DNA of 37,416 nucleotides from a virus (Duplodnaviria; Heunggongvirae; Uroviricota; Caudoviricetes): IMG/VR virus record IMGVR_UViG_3300029911_000006; one strand, 5' to 3'. Shown piece by piece: positions 7,222 to 15,689 of this stretch (position 1 is its first letter; each line of letters starts with the position of its first letter). The notes under the pieces were generated by a model. It saw only the letters and a program-made list of their open reading frames with translations, ran no database searches and was not told where the DNA came from. The position numbers and the translations under genes were made by a program.

Positions 7222-8319
7222 ATGAATTTCAAGTCCAAATTCCTCCGCAGAGCCGAGAAACTCCCTCAGATGCACTCATCTGAATTCCGAGGAATACCTA
7301 TCGTACTTGAGTGGCCGAAAGGTAGTGTACGCACCGGTAAGGATAATAACGGCAAGGGATGGAAGAGAACCATGCTTTGTGATTACGGGTTTGTACCTGA
7401 AACTAGGGCCGCTGGGGATGGCGAGGGTCTTGACGTTTACATAGGACCGGACACGGAGTCCGACCATGTGTACGTCGTGGAGCAGCTAGATGACGAGGGG
7501 GAATTTGACGAGTACAAGTGTCTTTTAGGGTTCCCTGACATGGACTCTGCTTTTGAGATGTACCTAGCCCACTACCCCGATGACTGGGAAGATTCCCGAG
7601 TAGGTGAGGTCTTCGAAGTCCCCTTCGACTACGCCTTCGATGCCATTGAAAAAAATCAGGTAGAAAACGAGGGTGAGAACCCCGCACCGAAGACTGCGGC
7701 TGACAAGCGGTACACGCTGCCAGCGTATCTCTATCACGGTACAGTAGGGGCCAAGGTGCAAGACATCCTCGCCAACGGTCTGATGACAGACAAGTCCTCG
7801 TCCCATAACGAATGGGACGGTGGTGCAGTCTACTTGGCTATCGACAAGCACATGACCGGAAACTACCCCGACCACTACGAAGCTGGCGAGAGAGAATCAG
7901 GCAAGGTCACGTTGGCAATCGCAACCAAGTTTCTGAACAAGGCTGACCTCCGCCCTGACGATGCAGACTTCCCGGTTATGTTCGATGAATTGCCGGATGA
8001 GGAGAAGGCTCAGCTTCAAACTATATTTGGTGACGCCTTTGACGACAGTAGCTGGGCGTACTGCGAATGGCCGGTCAGTTTGCACTTGACGGGTCAGGTT
8101 GCTTACCTGCGGGACATCCCGGCTAAGGCTATTAGCGTGGCAGAGGACTACAGAGGGAAAATTTCCAACAACACTGGAATTATCAACTCCCCCAGCCACG
8201 ACCGGTTTGTCCCAGACGAATCCCCAGCCGACGTATTTATCAACAGAGGAAATCCCACCATGACTGCGAAAAGTTCGGGGTTAGCTTATCTGAAAGCTCT
8301 CCAGTCGATGCAGTCATAG
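7222..8319 (+). CDS. Two-module polyvalent protein: inorganic pyrophosphatase plus Tpt1/KptA-like ADP-ribosyltransferase
   Basis: N-module IVLEWPKGSVR...DYGF...DGEGLDVYIG...FDEYKCLLGF. KTAA linker at 7690-7701. C-module YLYHGT...ILANGL...GAVYL...DIPAKAI. Confidence 0.85.
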   Translation: MNFKSKFLRRAEKLPQMHSSEFRGIPIVLEWPKGSVRTGKDNNGKGWKRTMLCDYGFVPETRAAGDGEGLDVYIGPDTESDHVYVVEQLDDEGEFDEYKCLLGFPDMDSAFEMYLAHYPDDWEDSRVGEVFEVPFDYAFDAIEKNQVENEGENPAPKTAADKRYTLPAYLYHGTVGAKVQDILANGLMTDKSSSHNEWDGGAVYLAIDKHMTGNYPDHYEAGERESGKVTLAIATKFLNKADLRPDDADFPVMFDELPDEEKAQLQTIFGDAFDDSSWAYCEWPVSLHLTGQVAYLRDIPAKAISVAEDYRGKISNNTGIINSPSHDRFVPDESPADVFINRGNPTMTAKSSGLAYLKALQSMQS

Positions 8320-8369
8320 AGTTACTCAATTCTTCGGTAGTAACACTTATACGCCGAGGAGCAGGGACA

Positions 8370-8684
8370 ATGCCATCTGACCGTCAGCTTAAAACTTACT
8401 ACAACACTTTCAATCGCAAGTATTTCAACAGTGAGTTGCCTGATGCTAAGGTATGGTGGGAGGCTCTTGGTGGTGCAACCATGGGGGACTGCCTCTACTT
8501 GGAAGATGAGGGTATATGGAGGATCAGGATCAACCCCTTTGTGGGGGGTTGGAGGGCTATATGCAAGTGTACTTTACTTCACGAAATGATTCACATCAAG
8601 ACGGGTGAGGCCCATGGACTCAAGTTCGACCGGGAGCGTCAACGTCTATTGGAGTACCGGGAGATACGGAAATTGGTTATTTAA
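8370..8684 (+). CDS. SprT-like zinc metallopeptidase
   Basis: YFNSELP...IRINP...TLLHEMIH (HExxH)...HG..F; GAGGAG SD upstream. Confidence 0.85.
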   Translation: MPSDRQLKTYYNTFNRKYFNSELPDAKVWWEALGGATMGDCLYLEDEGIWRIRINPFVGGWRAICKCTLLHEMIHIKTGEAHGLKFDRERQRLLEYREIRKLVI

Positions 8685-8690
8685 GCTTAG

Positions 8691-8716
8691 AAGGGGCACC
8701 TATAAGGTGCCCCTTT
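8691..8716. terminator. Bidirectional intrinsic terminator between convergent genes
   Basis: Perfect 11-bp stem AAGGGGCACCT-ATA-AGGTGCCCCTT between the stops at 8684 (+) and 8740 (-). Confidence 0.85.
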
Positions 8717-8739
8717 AGCTGTTACGAGATGCGGTGAGG

Positions 8740-10200
8740 TTACTCGAACATTCCGTTTACCACTACAGTACCCTGAATTTGCTGAGAAGCGGTTGCGGTG
8801 CCAATAGGCAGGGAGAGGATGATGTGAACATAGTTTCCAGCCTCACACATCAGCGGGTACGGAAACTGGACATCAAGGTCACCGTTCTGAGGCATAGCCC
8901 CAATAGCAGCACCAATTGGGAAGGTCTGTAATCCAAGGTCAATCACACGAGGAGCCTTGGTTGTCGCCGCTTCAGCCGTAGCCAAAGAGACAGCCGTAGC
9001 ACCTACTCCGATACCCCACTGCAACACAGTAGCTGTAGTGGCGACGGCGGCTCCTATGTTCATGGATGAAACATGAACCCCACGTATGTACAGAGTCTTA
9101 CCGGGGGTGTTTGCCGATGCCGCTGGAACCTGAAAGGCAAACAAGGCGTAGTCTGTAACAGCCCCTGCAACGGTGGAGAAGAGGAATTTACCCCCAAGCT
9201 TTGCGTAACCCGCCGTGGTGTTTGACAAGGTTGCCGCTGTGGCCGCTGTCGAGTTTGCATGGTTAGCTGTAGTACCAACGGTGCCACTTGTTTGACCCTG
9301 TATTGAGTTCGCACCCAAACCTGCCATGGCGAGTTCGTACGAACGGCTGACGTCTTGATCGCCCAAATAACAACTCACAGAGTAGACGGCCAACTGTACA
9401 GCCGAAACGGGGCTGCTTGTCGTGGAGTTGTAGGTGCGCAGGGACACCGGAAGATTTTGAGTCTGTACAGGAAGCCCCGCTCCTGCGGGAGTTGCTATAT
9501 ACGCTTGCATGATGCCATCAACCCAGAAGGAACAATACAGCCTCCCCACAACAATGCGAAATACATGGGAGTCGTTTGGAACAGGAGGGGTCAACGGGGA
9601 CGATATAGTTTCGGTGCCTCCATAGTTGACAACACAAACGAAGTTTCCGGCGTTGTTCCAACGAAAGAACACACCATCCGTAGGTGCTGCGTTTGTAGCT
9701 GTGTAACCCAGTCCAATTTCAGTGGTATTGTTTGGCACGATAGAGATAGCGGCTTGATACGAGGCCACAGCTTCAAATATGGTAGGAAAACCCGAGTACA
9801 GAGGCATCGTCCTATAGCTCTTTACTGCGGCAACCGCGCTGGTGGCAACAGATGAACCCGCGTTTAATACGCTCTTACCCCCTGCGACTGTGTTTGTAAA
9901 CGTCGTCAGAGTTGTTGACCACTGTGAGGTGTTGATGGCTGTACCGTTGAACATCTCGTGAAAGAGGAGAGACTCCAACCCGATTTTCAATCGCCGAAAC
10001 TCGTTGCTGAGGATAGAGACGATTGTTGGCGACCCAGTAACCGTACCTGCATCAATTTCCACAACCATTCTGTCGCCCCCGCCAATGTTGGTGGGGTTGC
10101 TGTTGACATCTTGTGTTTTTGGGCTTACAGTCTCCAGCCGATTGAGGGTATCTACCTCGGCTCCGTTACCTGATGTTGCGCCTTGCAATGAAAATGGCAT
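8740..10200 (-). CDS. Putative virion structural or tail-associated protein
   Basis: 486 aa, Ala/Thr/Gly/Val-rich and beta-strand-like; last gene of the tail-fibre operon. Exact role not recognised. Confidence 0.7.
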   Translation of the reverse strand: MPFSLQGATSGNGAEVDTLNRLETVSPKTQDVNSNPTNIGGGDRMVVEIDAGTVTGSPTIVSILSNEFRRLKIGLESLLFHEMFNGTAINTSQWSTTLTTFTNTVAGGKSVLNAGSSVATSAVAAVKSYRTMPLYSGFPTIFEAVASYQAAISIVPNNTTEIGLGYTATNAAPTDGVFFRWNNAGNFVCVVNYGGTETISSPLTPPVPNDSHVFRIVVGRLYCSFWVDGIMQAYIATPAGAGLPVQTQNLPVSLRTYNSTTSSPVSAVQLAVYSVSCYLGDQDVSRSYELAMAGLGANSIQGQTSGTVGTTANHANSTAATAATLSNTTAGYAKLGGKFLFSTVAGAVTDYALFAFQVPAASANTPGKTLYIRGVHVSSMNIGAAVATTATVLQWGIGVGATAVSLATAEAATTKAPRVIDLGLQTFPIGAAIGAMPQNGDLDVQFPYPLMCEAGNYVHIILSLPIGTATASQQIQGTVVVNGMFE

Positions 10201-10213
10201 ACGTTCTCCTAAC

Positions 10214-10684
10214 TTAGTTCCACACCCACCGAATGGTGAAGTGCCCGGTTACAAAAAATTGTGAAGTCGCCCGAATGGTAAATCCTGTCCCTACAACTAT
10301 GTTCTGAGCGACTGCCTGAAGTCCCGCTAGTAAGTGCTCATCGGGTGAGTGGTCTGTAGTTGTATCTCCGGCCACCCATAACTGTATTTTGGAAGTTGAA
10401 AGAATACCGGCTTGCCCTGTAACTACGGTTGTGGTATCCGTACCGCCGCAACCGGTACCAAAATTTAGTGTGGATGATCCGAAATTACCCGCACTCGCTC
10501 CGGTTGCCCCAGTCGGACCTACGCCTACATACCCTAGATTTATCCAAGCTGTGGCTCCGTCCCCCAGTTTGAAGTATCGCGTATCCGTTTCAAGCCCCAT
10601 CTCACCTGAAAATAGGGTGGGGTTGTTCGCTGTCCAATTGGCAGCGGTATCTCGACGGAATTGAAAACGTGCATTGACCGACAT
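10214..10684 (-). CDS. Tail-fibre-associated protein with Mtd N-terminal-like domain
   Basis: RFQFRRDTAANWTANNPTLFSGEMGLETDTRYFKLGDGATAW is the characteristic major-tropism-determinant/hyaluronidase N-terminal motif. Confidence 0.85.
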   Translation of the reverse strand: MSVNARFQFRRDTAANWTANNPTLFSGEMGLETDTRYFKLGDGATAWINLGYVGVGPTGATGASAGNFGSSTLNFGTGCGGTDTTTVVTGQAGILSTSKIQLWVAGDTTTDHSPDEHLLAGLQAVAQNIVVGTGFTIRATSQFFVTGHFTIRWVWN

Positions 10685-10920
10685 TACGCTGAGGCTCCCA
10701 TATCCAGTTCAATCACATAACTGCTCCCCGAAGTGGCGGAATTTCCGCAGTCATAACTAACTAAGCTACCACCACCGCTGGGTACAGGTCCGCCATCAAC
10801 CAAAGTTCCCGCAGCGTCAAATACAGCTATGTGGGTGTTTATACCCGACCCATCAGTGAGTTGTACCTTACCGGTACCAGCCACTTGCCCACTAAGAGGG
10901 GATAATACAGGTATCGCCAT
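10684..10920 (-). CDS. Small putative virion protein
   Basis: 78-aa Gly/Ser-rich ORF in the operon; its stop overlaps the next start by 1 nt. Confidence 0.7.
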   Translation of the reverse strand: MAIPVLSPLSGQVAGTGKVQLTDGSGINTHIAVFDAAGTLVDGGPVPSGGGSLVSYDCGNSATSGSSYVIELDMGASA

Positions 10921-10926
10921 ATGGGG

Positions 10927-12114
10927 TTATCCTATAACCACCACACGCAGCGAGTTGGCGGATGGCGCGGTTGCGAAAATCAGGGTGATTGTGTTCGTAC
11001 TGGTTAGTTGCACTTCACATTGAACCACTTGGTATGGTGAGCCCACATAGTAGACGCCGACAATGACATCATTCGTACCTAAACTGTGGGTGATTACATA
11101 ACTTGTGGTTGCGCCATCGCCGAACGTCGCAGCGTACTTTCCCGTGGCTCCGAGATTAGTTCTAGCACCCGCCGCCGACGTTGACCCTGTACCGCCTGAG
11201 CCCACCACCAAGGTGGAAGACAAACCGGCTGCGGTGCCAGTGGTGTTTTGATTGAGAGTAGGGAAGCTAGTTAGGTTAGCGGCAGAGAGGGCAGGGGCGT
11301 TACTTAGAGTGGGGGCTTGAGCAGCAGAGCCGGTGCCGTGGGACACCAAAACTTGGTCAGTCGCAGCGGTGTTGCCGGATAGGAAGGCGGTGGTGCTAGT
11401 CCCCGACTGGTATACAACGGAACCGACCGCTCCCCCCGATAGGTTATTAGCCGTGGTGGAGGCTCCTCCTGAAAATTGCACCCATGTTACAGGGGTTGTA
11501 CCGGGAGTGATGGTTCCCTGAGTTTGTACGACGAAGGACGCCCCGGCATTAACCGTGCCCTCTTCTGTGTAGGTGAACGCACCTGTAATGTATGTGGTGG
11601 TTGAGTTACAGTCTGAGCTACGGGTAGGTGCTCCGCTGGCCGCTACAATGTATATACCATTTTCAGACGCGGAGGACTGATTTTTTACTAGGATACGGTC
11701 GCCGGTAACCAGCGTGATCCCGTCCACTGTTTGACCGTTGGCGAAAGCAGATGCCAGTGTACCAGCCACTGTTGTCGCAACCTTTACGCTGGCTTTTACA
11801 TCCAGTCCTAGTGTCGCGTTATCCACATACTGCTTGTTTGCAGCATCGGTAGGGTTGACCGGGTTCCCGAGGTTGGTGATAGTCTGGCTTCCCAAGCTAA
11901 GGGACGTGGTGGGGGCACCAAAATTGTTTAGGGTATTTTGTAGTCCAGCGAACGTCCGAACTGTGCCATCATAATATTTCAGAACGCCGCTAGTTGTGTT
12001 AAACCAAATCTGCCCAACTACAGGGGATGACGGATCAGAAGCCAAGTTCTGAATACGAGCGTTCTGTAGCTCGTTCTGACTAAGATTTATAGATTGAAGA
12101 AAAGGTATGGACAC
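10927..12114 (-). CDS. Phage tail fibre or fibre-like structural protein
   Basis: GQIWFNTT, ITNLGNP...DAANKQYVD, QTVDG...GDRILVKNQ...ENGIY and a C-terminal ITHSLGT.DV.V beta-domain, all common in phage fibres. Confidence 0.85.
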   Translation of the reverse strand: MSIPFLQSINLSQNELQNARIQNLASDPSSPVVGQIWFNTTSGVLKYYDGTVRTFAGLQNTLNNFGAPTTSLSLGSQTITNLGNPVNPTDAANKQYVDNATLGLDVKASVKVATTVAGTLASAFANGQTVDGITLVTGDRILVKNQSSASENGIYIVAASGAPTRSSDCNSTTTYITGAFTYTEEGTVNAGASFVVQTQGTITPGTTPVTWVQFSGGASTTANNLSGGAVGSVVYQSGTSTTAFLSGNTAATDQVLVSHGTGSAAQAPTLSNAPALSAANLTSFPTLNQNTTGTAAGLSSTLVVGSGGTGSTSAAGARTNLGATGKYAATFGDGATTSYVITHSLGTNDVIVGVYYVGSPYQVVQCEVQLTSTNTITLIFATAPSANSLRVVVIG

Positions 12115-12127
12115 TTGGACTCCTGTA

Positions 12128-13126
12128 TTATGTAGTCAGCACAGCCGTTCCCGAGAACGCTCCTGAAAAACTGAGTGTCACTTGATTCAGGGAGTCATAA
12201 TGGACTCCTCCAACCACCAAGTTACCACTACTGTCAATGATTACAATAGTCGGGAAAGTTTCTAGGTTGTGGAGGATAACCCACGATGATAGAGGGGTTC
12301 CTTGATTAAAAGTAAAGGGGGCAGGGGGTTTCCCTATGAGGTCACTGTAATTCCCAGTAGTAGCCACTGTAGCCAAATTTGGTTTGTTGAGAATCTCGGC
12401 GTTTCCATCCGTCGCATCCCAGTCGGCGTTAACCTGAACGCTTGTGAACATCAAATCCCAGTTAGTCGTATCGGAATTGGGAGGTACTGATGAACTAACT
12501 GGATTAAGGCAGGTATATGCGCCCTCGCCATACTCAACACAGTCGCCAACCACGTAAGCGTAGGAACTTACCCATGCGCCTCTCCAGATTAGCCCTTGTC
12601 CAGTGTTACCCTTCTGACCGGTTTGACCGGTTGGACCCGGTACCCCCTGAATGCCCTGTACACCTTGCAGTCCTTGCGGTCCTTGCGCTCCAGTAGCCCC
12701 TGTCGGACCCCTTAACCCTTGTTGTCCCGTAGGTCCTTGAGGACCGACGACGCCTATTGTAATTCCGGGAACACCTTGCGGTCCTTGAGCACCGGGAGCA
12801 CCCTGCGGTCCCTGCGTGCCTTGAGCACCGGGAACGCCCTGAGGACCGGTTACAGTGAAAGTTGCACCGGGAAGTCCTTGGGCACCTTGTGCTCCAGTAG
12901 CCCCAGTGACGCCAGCCGGACCCTGTACTCCGGGTTGACCCGTGGTACCAGTTTCACCTTTTACGGCGACCGGACTCCATACAGTTCCTATATTGGGAGA
13001 AACTGGAGGGCAATTTGCGTTACCCTCTAGGGCAACAAAAGACGACCCGTTATAGTAAGCAACGTCGTCTACATTGTAGACGACAGCCGCATCCCATGTA
13101 CCTTTCCAGTTCAGACTCATCTTCAA
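12128..13126 (-). CDS. Collagen-like tail fibre protein with two carbohydrate-binding-like W-x-G-x-W modules
   Basis: [24 protein letters not shown] and [19 protein letters not shown] flank Gly-X-Y repeats; C-terminal [11 protein letters not shown] domain. Confidence 0.88.
   Translation of the reverse strand: MKMSLNWKGTWDAAVVYNVDDVAYYNGSSFVALEGNANCPPVSPNIGTVWSPVAVKGETGTTGQPGVQGPAGVTGATGAQGAQGLPGATFTVTGPQGVPGAQGTQGPQGAPGAQGPQGVPGITIGVVGPQGPTGQQGLRGPTGATGAQGPQGLQGVQGIQGVPGPTGQTGQKGNTGQGLIWRGAWVSSYAYVVGDCVEYGEGAYTCLNPVSSSVPPNSDTTNWDLMFTSVQVNADWDATDGNAEILNKPNLATVATTGNYSDLIGKPPAPFTFNQGTPLSSWVILHNLETFPTIVIIDSSGNLVVGGVHYDSLNQVTLSFSGAFSGTAVLTT
12593..12958 (-). repeat. Gly-X-Y collagen-like coding repeat in three blocks
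   Basis: GPQ/GAQ/GVP/GPT triplets interrupted by ATFTVT and ITIGVV. Confidence 0.95.
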
Positions 13127-13211
13127 GTTCCCCTACTAGGATAAGCTGAAGTTCTATTTCTGACACATCTAACCTTTACCAACTACCTGAATCGTAGGTA
13201 GGACAAACTGG

Positions 13212-15689
13212 ATGCGGAACATTCTCTTACAAAAGACAGCGGGTATTACAGACACCCCCGCGTTCAAAACAGACACCCCCGCGTTCAAAACGTGGTTTGC
13301 CGGGTCGCAGGTAGTTGACGCCGAAGGCAATCCCAAGCTCATGACACATGGCACCCTGTCGGACATCGACGTGTTCCGCCCATACAGTCACTTTGGCCCA
13401 CCAGCAACCGCCCGGTCACGGCTCAAGATGCGTGGCGTCACGAAAGAGATGGGAGCCAAGACTATCCCGGTTTACCTGTCCATCAAGAACCCTATGCGTC
13501 TCACTGACCAACAGGCGAATCATGCCGACACCTACTTCCACTACGCCATGCTGCGTGGTGAGTACCCTGAGTTGAAGGAAGTGTGGGGCAAGAATGAACC
13601 TATCACCGAGGCTCTGAAGAAGCTGGGATACGATGGCTTCGTGTATGAGAATGAGGGTGAAGGTGGTGGAGACTCCTACGTTATCTTCTCCCCTCATCAA
13701 GTAAAATCCGCCATCGGCAACTCAGGGGAGTTCAACCCAGAAGAGATGAGTATCACAGCTTCTCCTATCGGGGAGACGGATACGCCTGACTTCAAGTCAT
13801 GGTTTTCCGGTTCTAAGATTGTGGGCAAGAACGGTAGCCCTAAGCTCGTCTACCACGGCACATCCGCCCGTGACTTCGAGACCTTCAACATCCCAGTCTA
13901 CTTCTCGGACAACCTGAAGTACACCAAGGATTTTGGGAGCCGCACTGTGCGTGCCTATCTGAACATGAAGAACCCTCTTTACTTGGACACCCGTACCGAC
14001 AAAGACGCGATACACGTAGAGGAGAGCCTCATTCGCAAGCCTGAGTGGCGGAACGAGCAGAAGGCCAAGGGTCACGACGGTGTGGTCATTACCGACTTTG
14101 ACGGTAAGAACTACAACCTGCACGTATTCCTGCCTTTCAACTCCGACCAGATTTGGATTGCCGACCAAGGCGAGTTCAAGACTGCCAGCCCGGACTACGG
14201 TTACCACCAGTACAATGACCGCGAGAAGGACATCAAGAAGCTCCGCATCCAAGACAACAATCTTGGCAAGCATCTGCTTGAGACCGAGGCTATCGACCCA
14301 CGTCTCAAGTCCATGGACAAGACACAGGGATACGTCTGTGCCGAGAACTTCGGCGAGGACGATGAGACCGGTCGCGTCCCTGCGTTCTACATCAGCCGGT
14401 CGTTCATCAACCCAGAATGGTATGGTACAGGTCTCGGTCAGATTCTCTACGACCGTGTGATTCGTCAAGCGAAGAACCGTGGAGCCGACTATATCTACTC
14501 GGACACCGACCGCAGTGATGAAGCAGAGTCCGCGTGGAACCGTCTGTCCAAGCGTTGGCCGGTGGACTACGACCGGGATAAGCAACGGTACGTCATCCCT
14601 CTGAATGGGGGTCAGGCGAAGGCAGCGTCACCAGACTTTGGCTACACTGACTACAATGACAAGGAAGATAAGATTGACCAAGTAGAGTTCGATTACAGGA
14701 ACGGCGAGATTATAGCCGAGTACAACGGGGAAGAGGTTGGCTGGATTTACACCTACCGTCGTGCTTCGACTGTCTGCGTATCTGAAATCAACATCGGAGA
14801 CTACTGGCGTGGCACGGGTCTCGGCCAGATGCTCTACGACAAGGCGATTGAGATGGCTGCTGAGTCAGGAGCCCGGTACTTCGCATCCGACAGCAAGCTC
14901 AGCAACGATGCTCAGAACGCATGGCTGCGTCTGGAAAAGCGGTACCCGGTGGAGGAGATGGACAACCCTGAGTATGAGGAAGGGTTCAACGAGGAAGTGT
15001 CGCACGTCATCTATCGCATCGACCTGAAGAAGGTACCAAAGGTAAAGTCCGCTTCTGAAACAGACCCGTTCTGGGAGCGAATCAAGCGGGACTTCCTCGC
15101 TGGTATCGTCTACCACGGCACCACGTTGGAAGTGGCCGAGATTGTCATGAAGACCGGCTTCCGTGGCCTTGACTTCGACGCTATCGTGGCTGACGTTCTG
15201 GCGAAACACGGCCTGACGGAAGTCCCCAAGAGGATGCGTAAGGTCTTGGAAGGAACGAACAAGAGCTACACCGGAGAGCACGGTATGGTAAGCACGTGCC
15301 CCGGTGGACACGTCCCTACGCTGTACGCGGGGGATGGTGGTGAGGTTCCGAAGCAGGTTGAAGCCTACGTCCTCAACAAGTACCGTCCTCAAGATGTGAA
15401 GGTTTCTCTCATCAAGGGCGACCCGGCTGTACTGAAGTGCCGTATTAAGAACTTTGAGGGTTCAGAGAATCAGCGGCGTGTTACCCAACTCATCACAGGT
15501 ATGGGTAAGATGCTAGACGCTGGAACGGTCACTGGTCGGAAGTACGAAGCACGCGAAGCCGCCGAGTATCTGTGGCGTGGTTATAACAACTTGCTCTGCA
15601 AGCCCGAGGATTTGGAAGTGTTGGAAGTGATAACAGGAGCACAGGTCGAAGAGTTGGCTAACCACCCTCTGGGGGTGAGCCTTGAATAA
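13212..15689 (+). CDS. Polyvalent protein 1 (825 aa): two ART-PolyVal, two GNAT, one Tpt1-like ART
   Basis: Modules at 13245-13751 (THGT..KNP..GYDG..FSPHQV), 13764-14177 (YHGT), 14190-14618 and 14631-15044 (GTGLGQ.LYD) and 15057-15686 (YHGTT). Linkers KTAG, ITAS, KTAS, KAAS and KSAS. Confidence 0.9.
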   Translation: MRNILLQKTAGITDTPAFKTDTPAFKTWFAGSQVVDAEGNPKLMTHGTLSDIDVFRPYSHFGPPATARSRLKMRGVTKEMGAKTIPVYLSIKNPMRLTDQQANHADTYFHYAMLRGEYPELKEVWGKNEPITEALKKLGYDGFVYENEGEGGGDSYVIFSPHQVKSAIGNSGEFNPEEMSITASPIGETDTPDFKSWFSGSKIVGKNGSPKLVYHGTSARDFETFNIPVYFSDNLKYTKDFGSRTVRAYLNMKNPLYLDTRTDKDAIHVEESLIRKPEWRNEQKAKGHDGVVITDFDGKNYNLHVFLPFNSDQIWIADQGEFKTASPDYGYHQYNDREKDIKKLRIQDNNLGKHLLETEAIDPRLKSMDKTQGYVCAENFGEDDETGRVPAFYISRSFINPEWYGTGLGQILYDRVIRQAKNRGADYIYSDTDRSDEAESAWNRLSKRWPVDYDRDKQRYVIPLNGGQAKAASPDFGYTDYNDKEDKIDQVEFDYRNGEIIAEYNGEEVGWIYTYRRASTVCVSEINIGDYWRGTGLGQMLYDKAIEMAAESGARYFASDSKLSNDAQNAWLRLEKRYPVEEMDNPEYEEGFNEEVSHVIYRIDLKKVPKVKSASETDPFWERIKRDFLAGIVYHGTTLEVAEIVMKTGFRGLDFDAIVADVLAKHGLTEVPKRMRKVLEGTNKSYTGEHGMVSTCPGGHVPTLYAGDGGEVPKQVEAYVLNKYRPQDVKVSLIKGDPAVLKCRIKNFEGSENQRRVTQLITGMGKMLDAGTVTGRKYEAREAAEYLWRGYNNLLCKPEDLEVLEVITGAQVEELANHPLGVSLE
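13248..13291 (+). repeat. In-frame 21-bp tandem duplication (TDTPAFK x2)
   Basis: ACAGACACCCCCGCGTTCAAA at 13248-13268 and 13269-13289, followed by AC. Confidence 0.97.
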
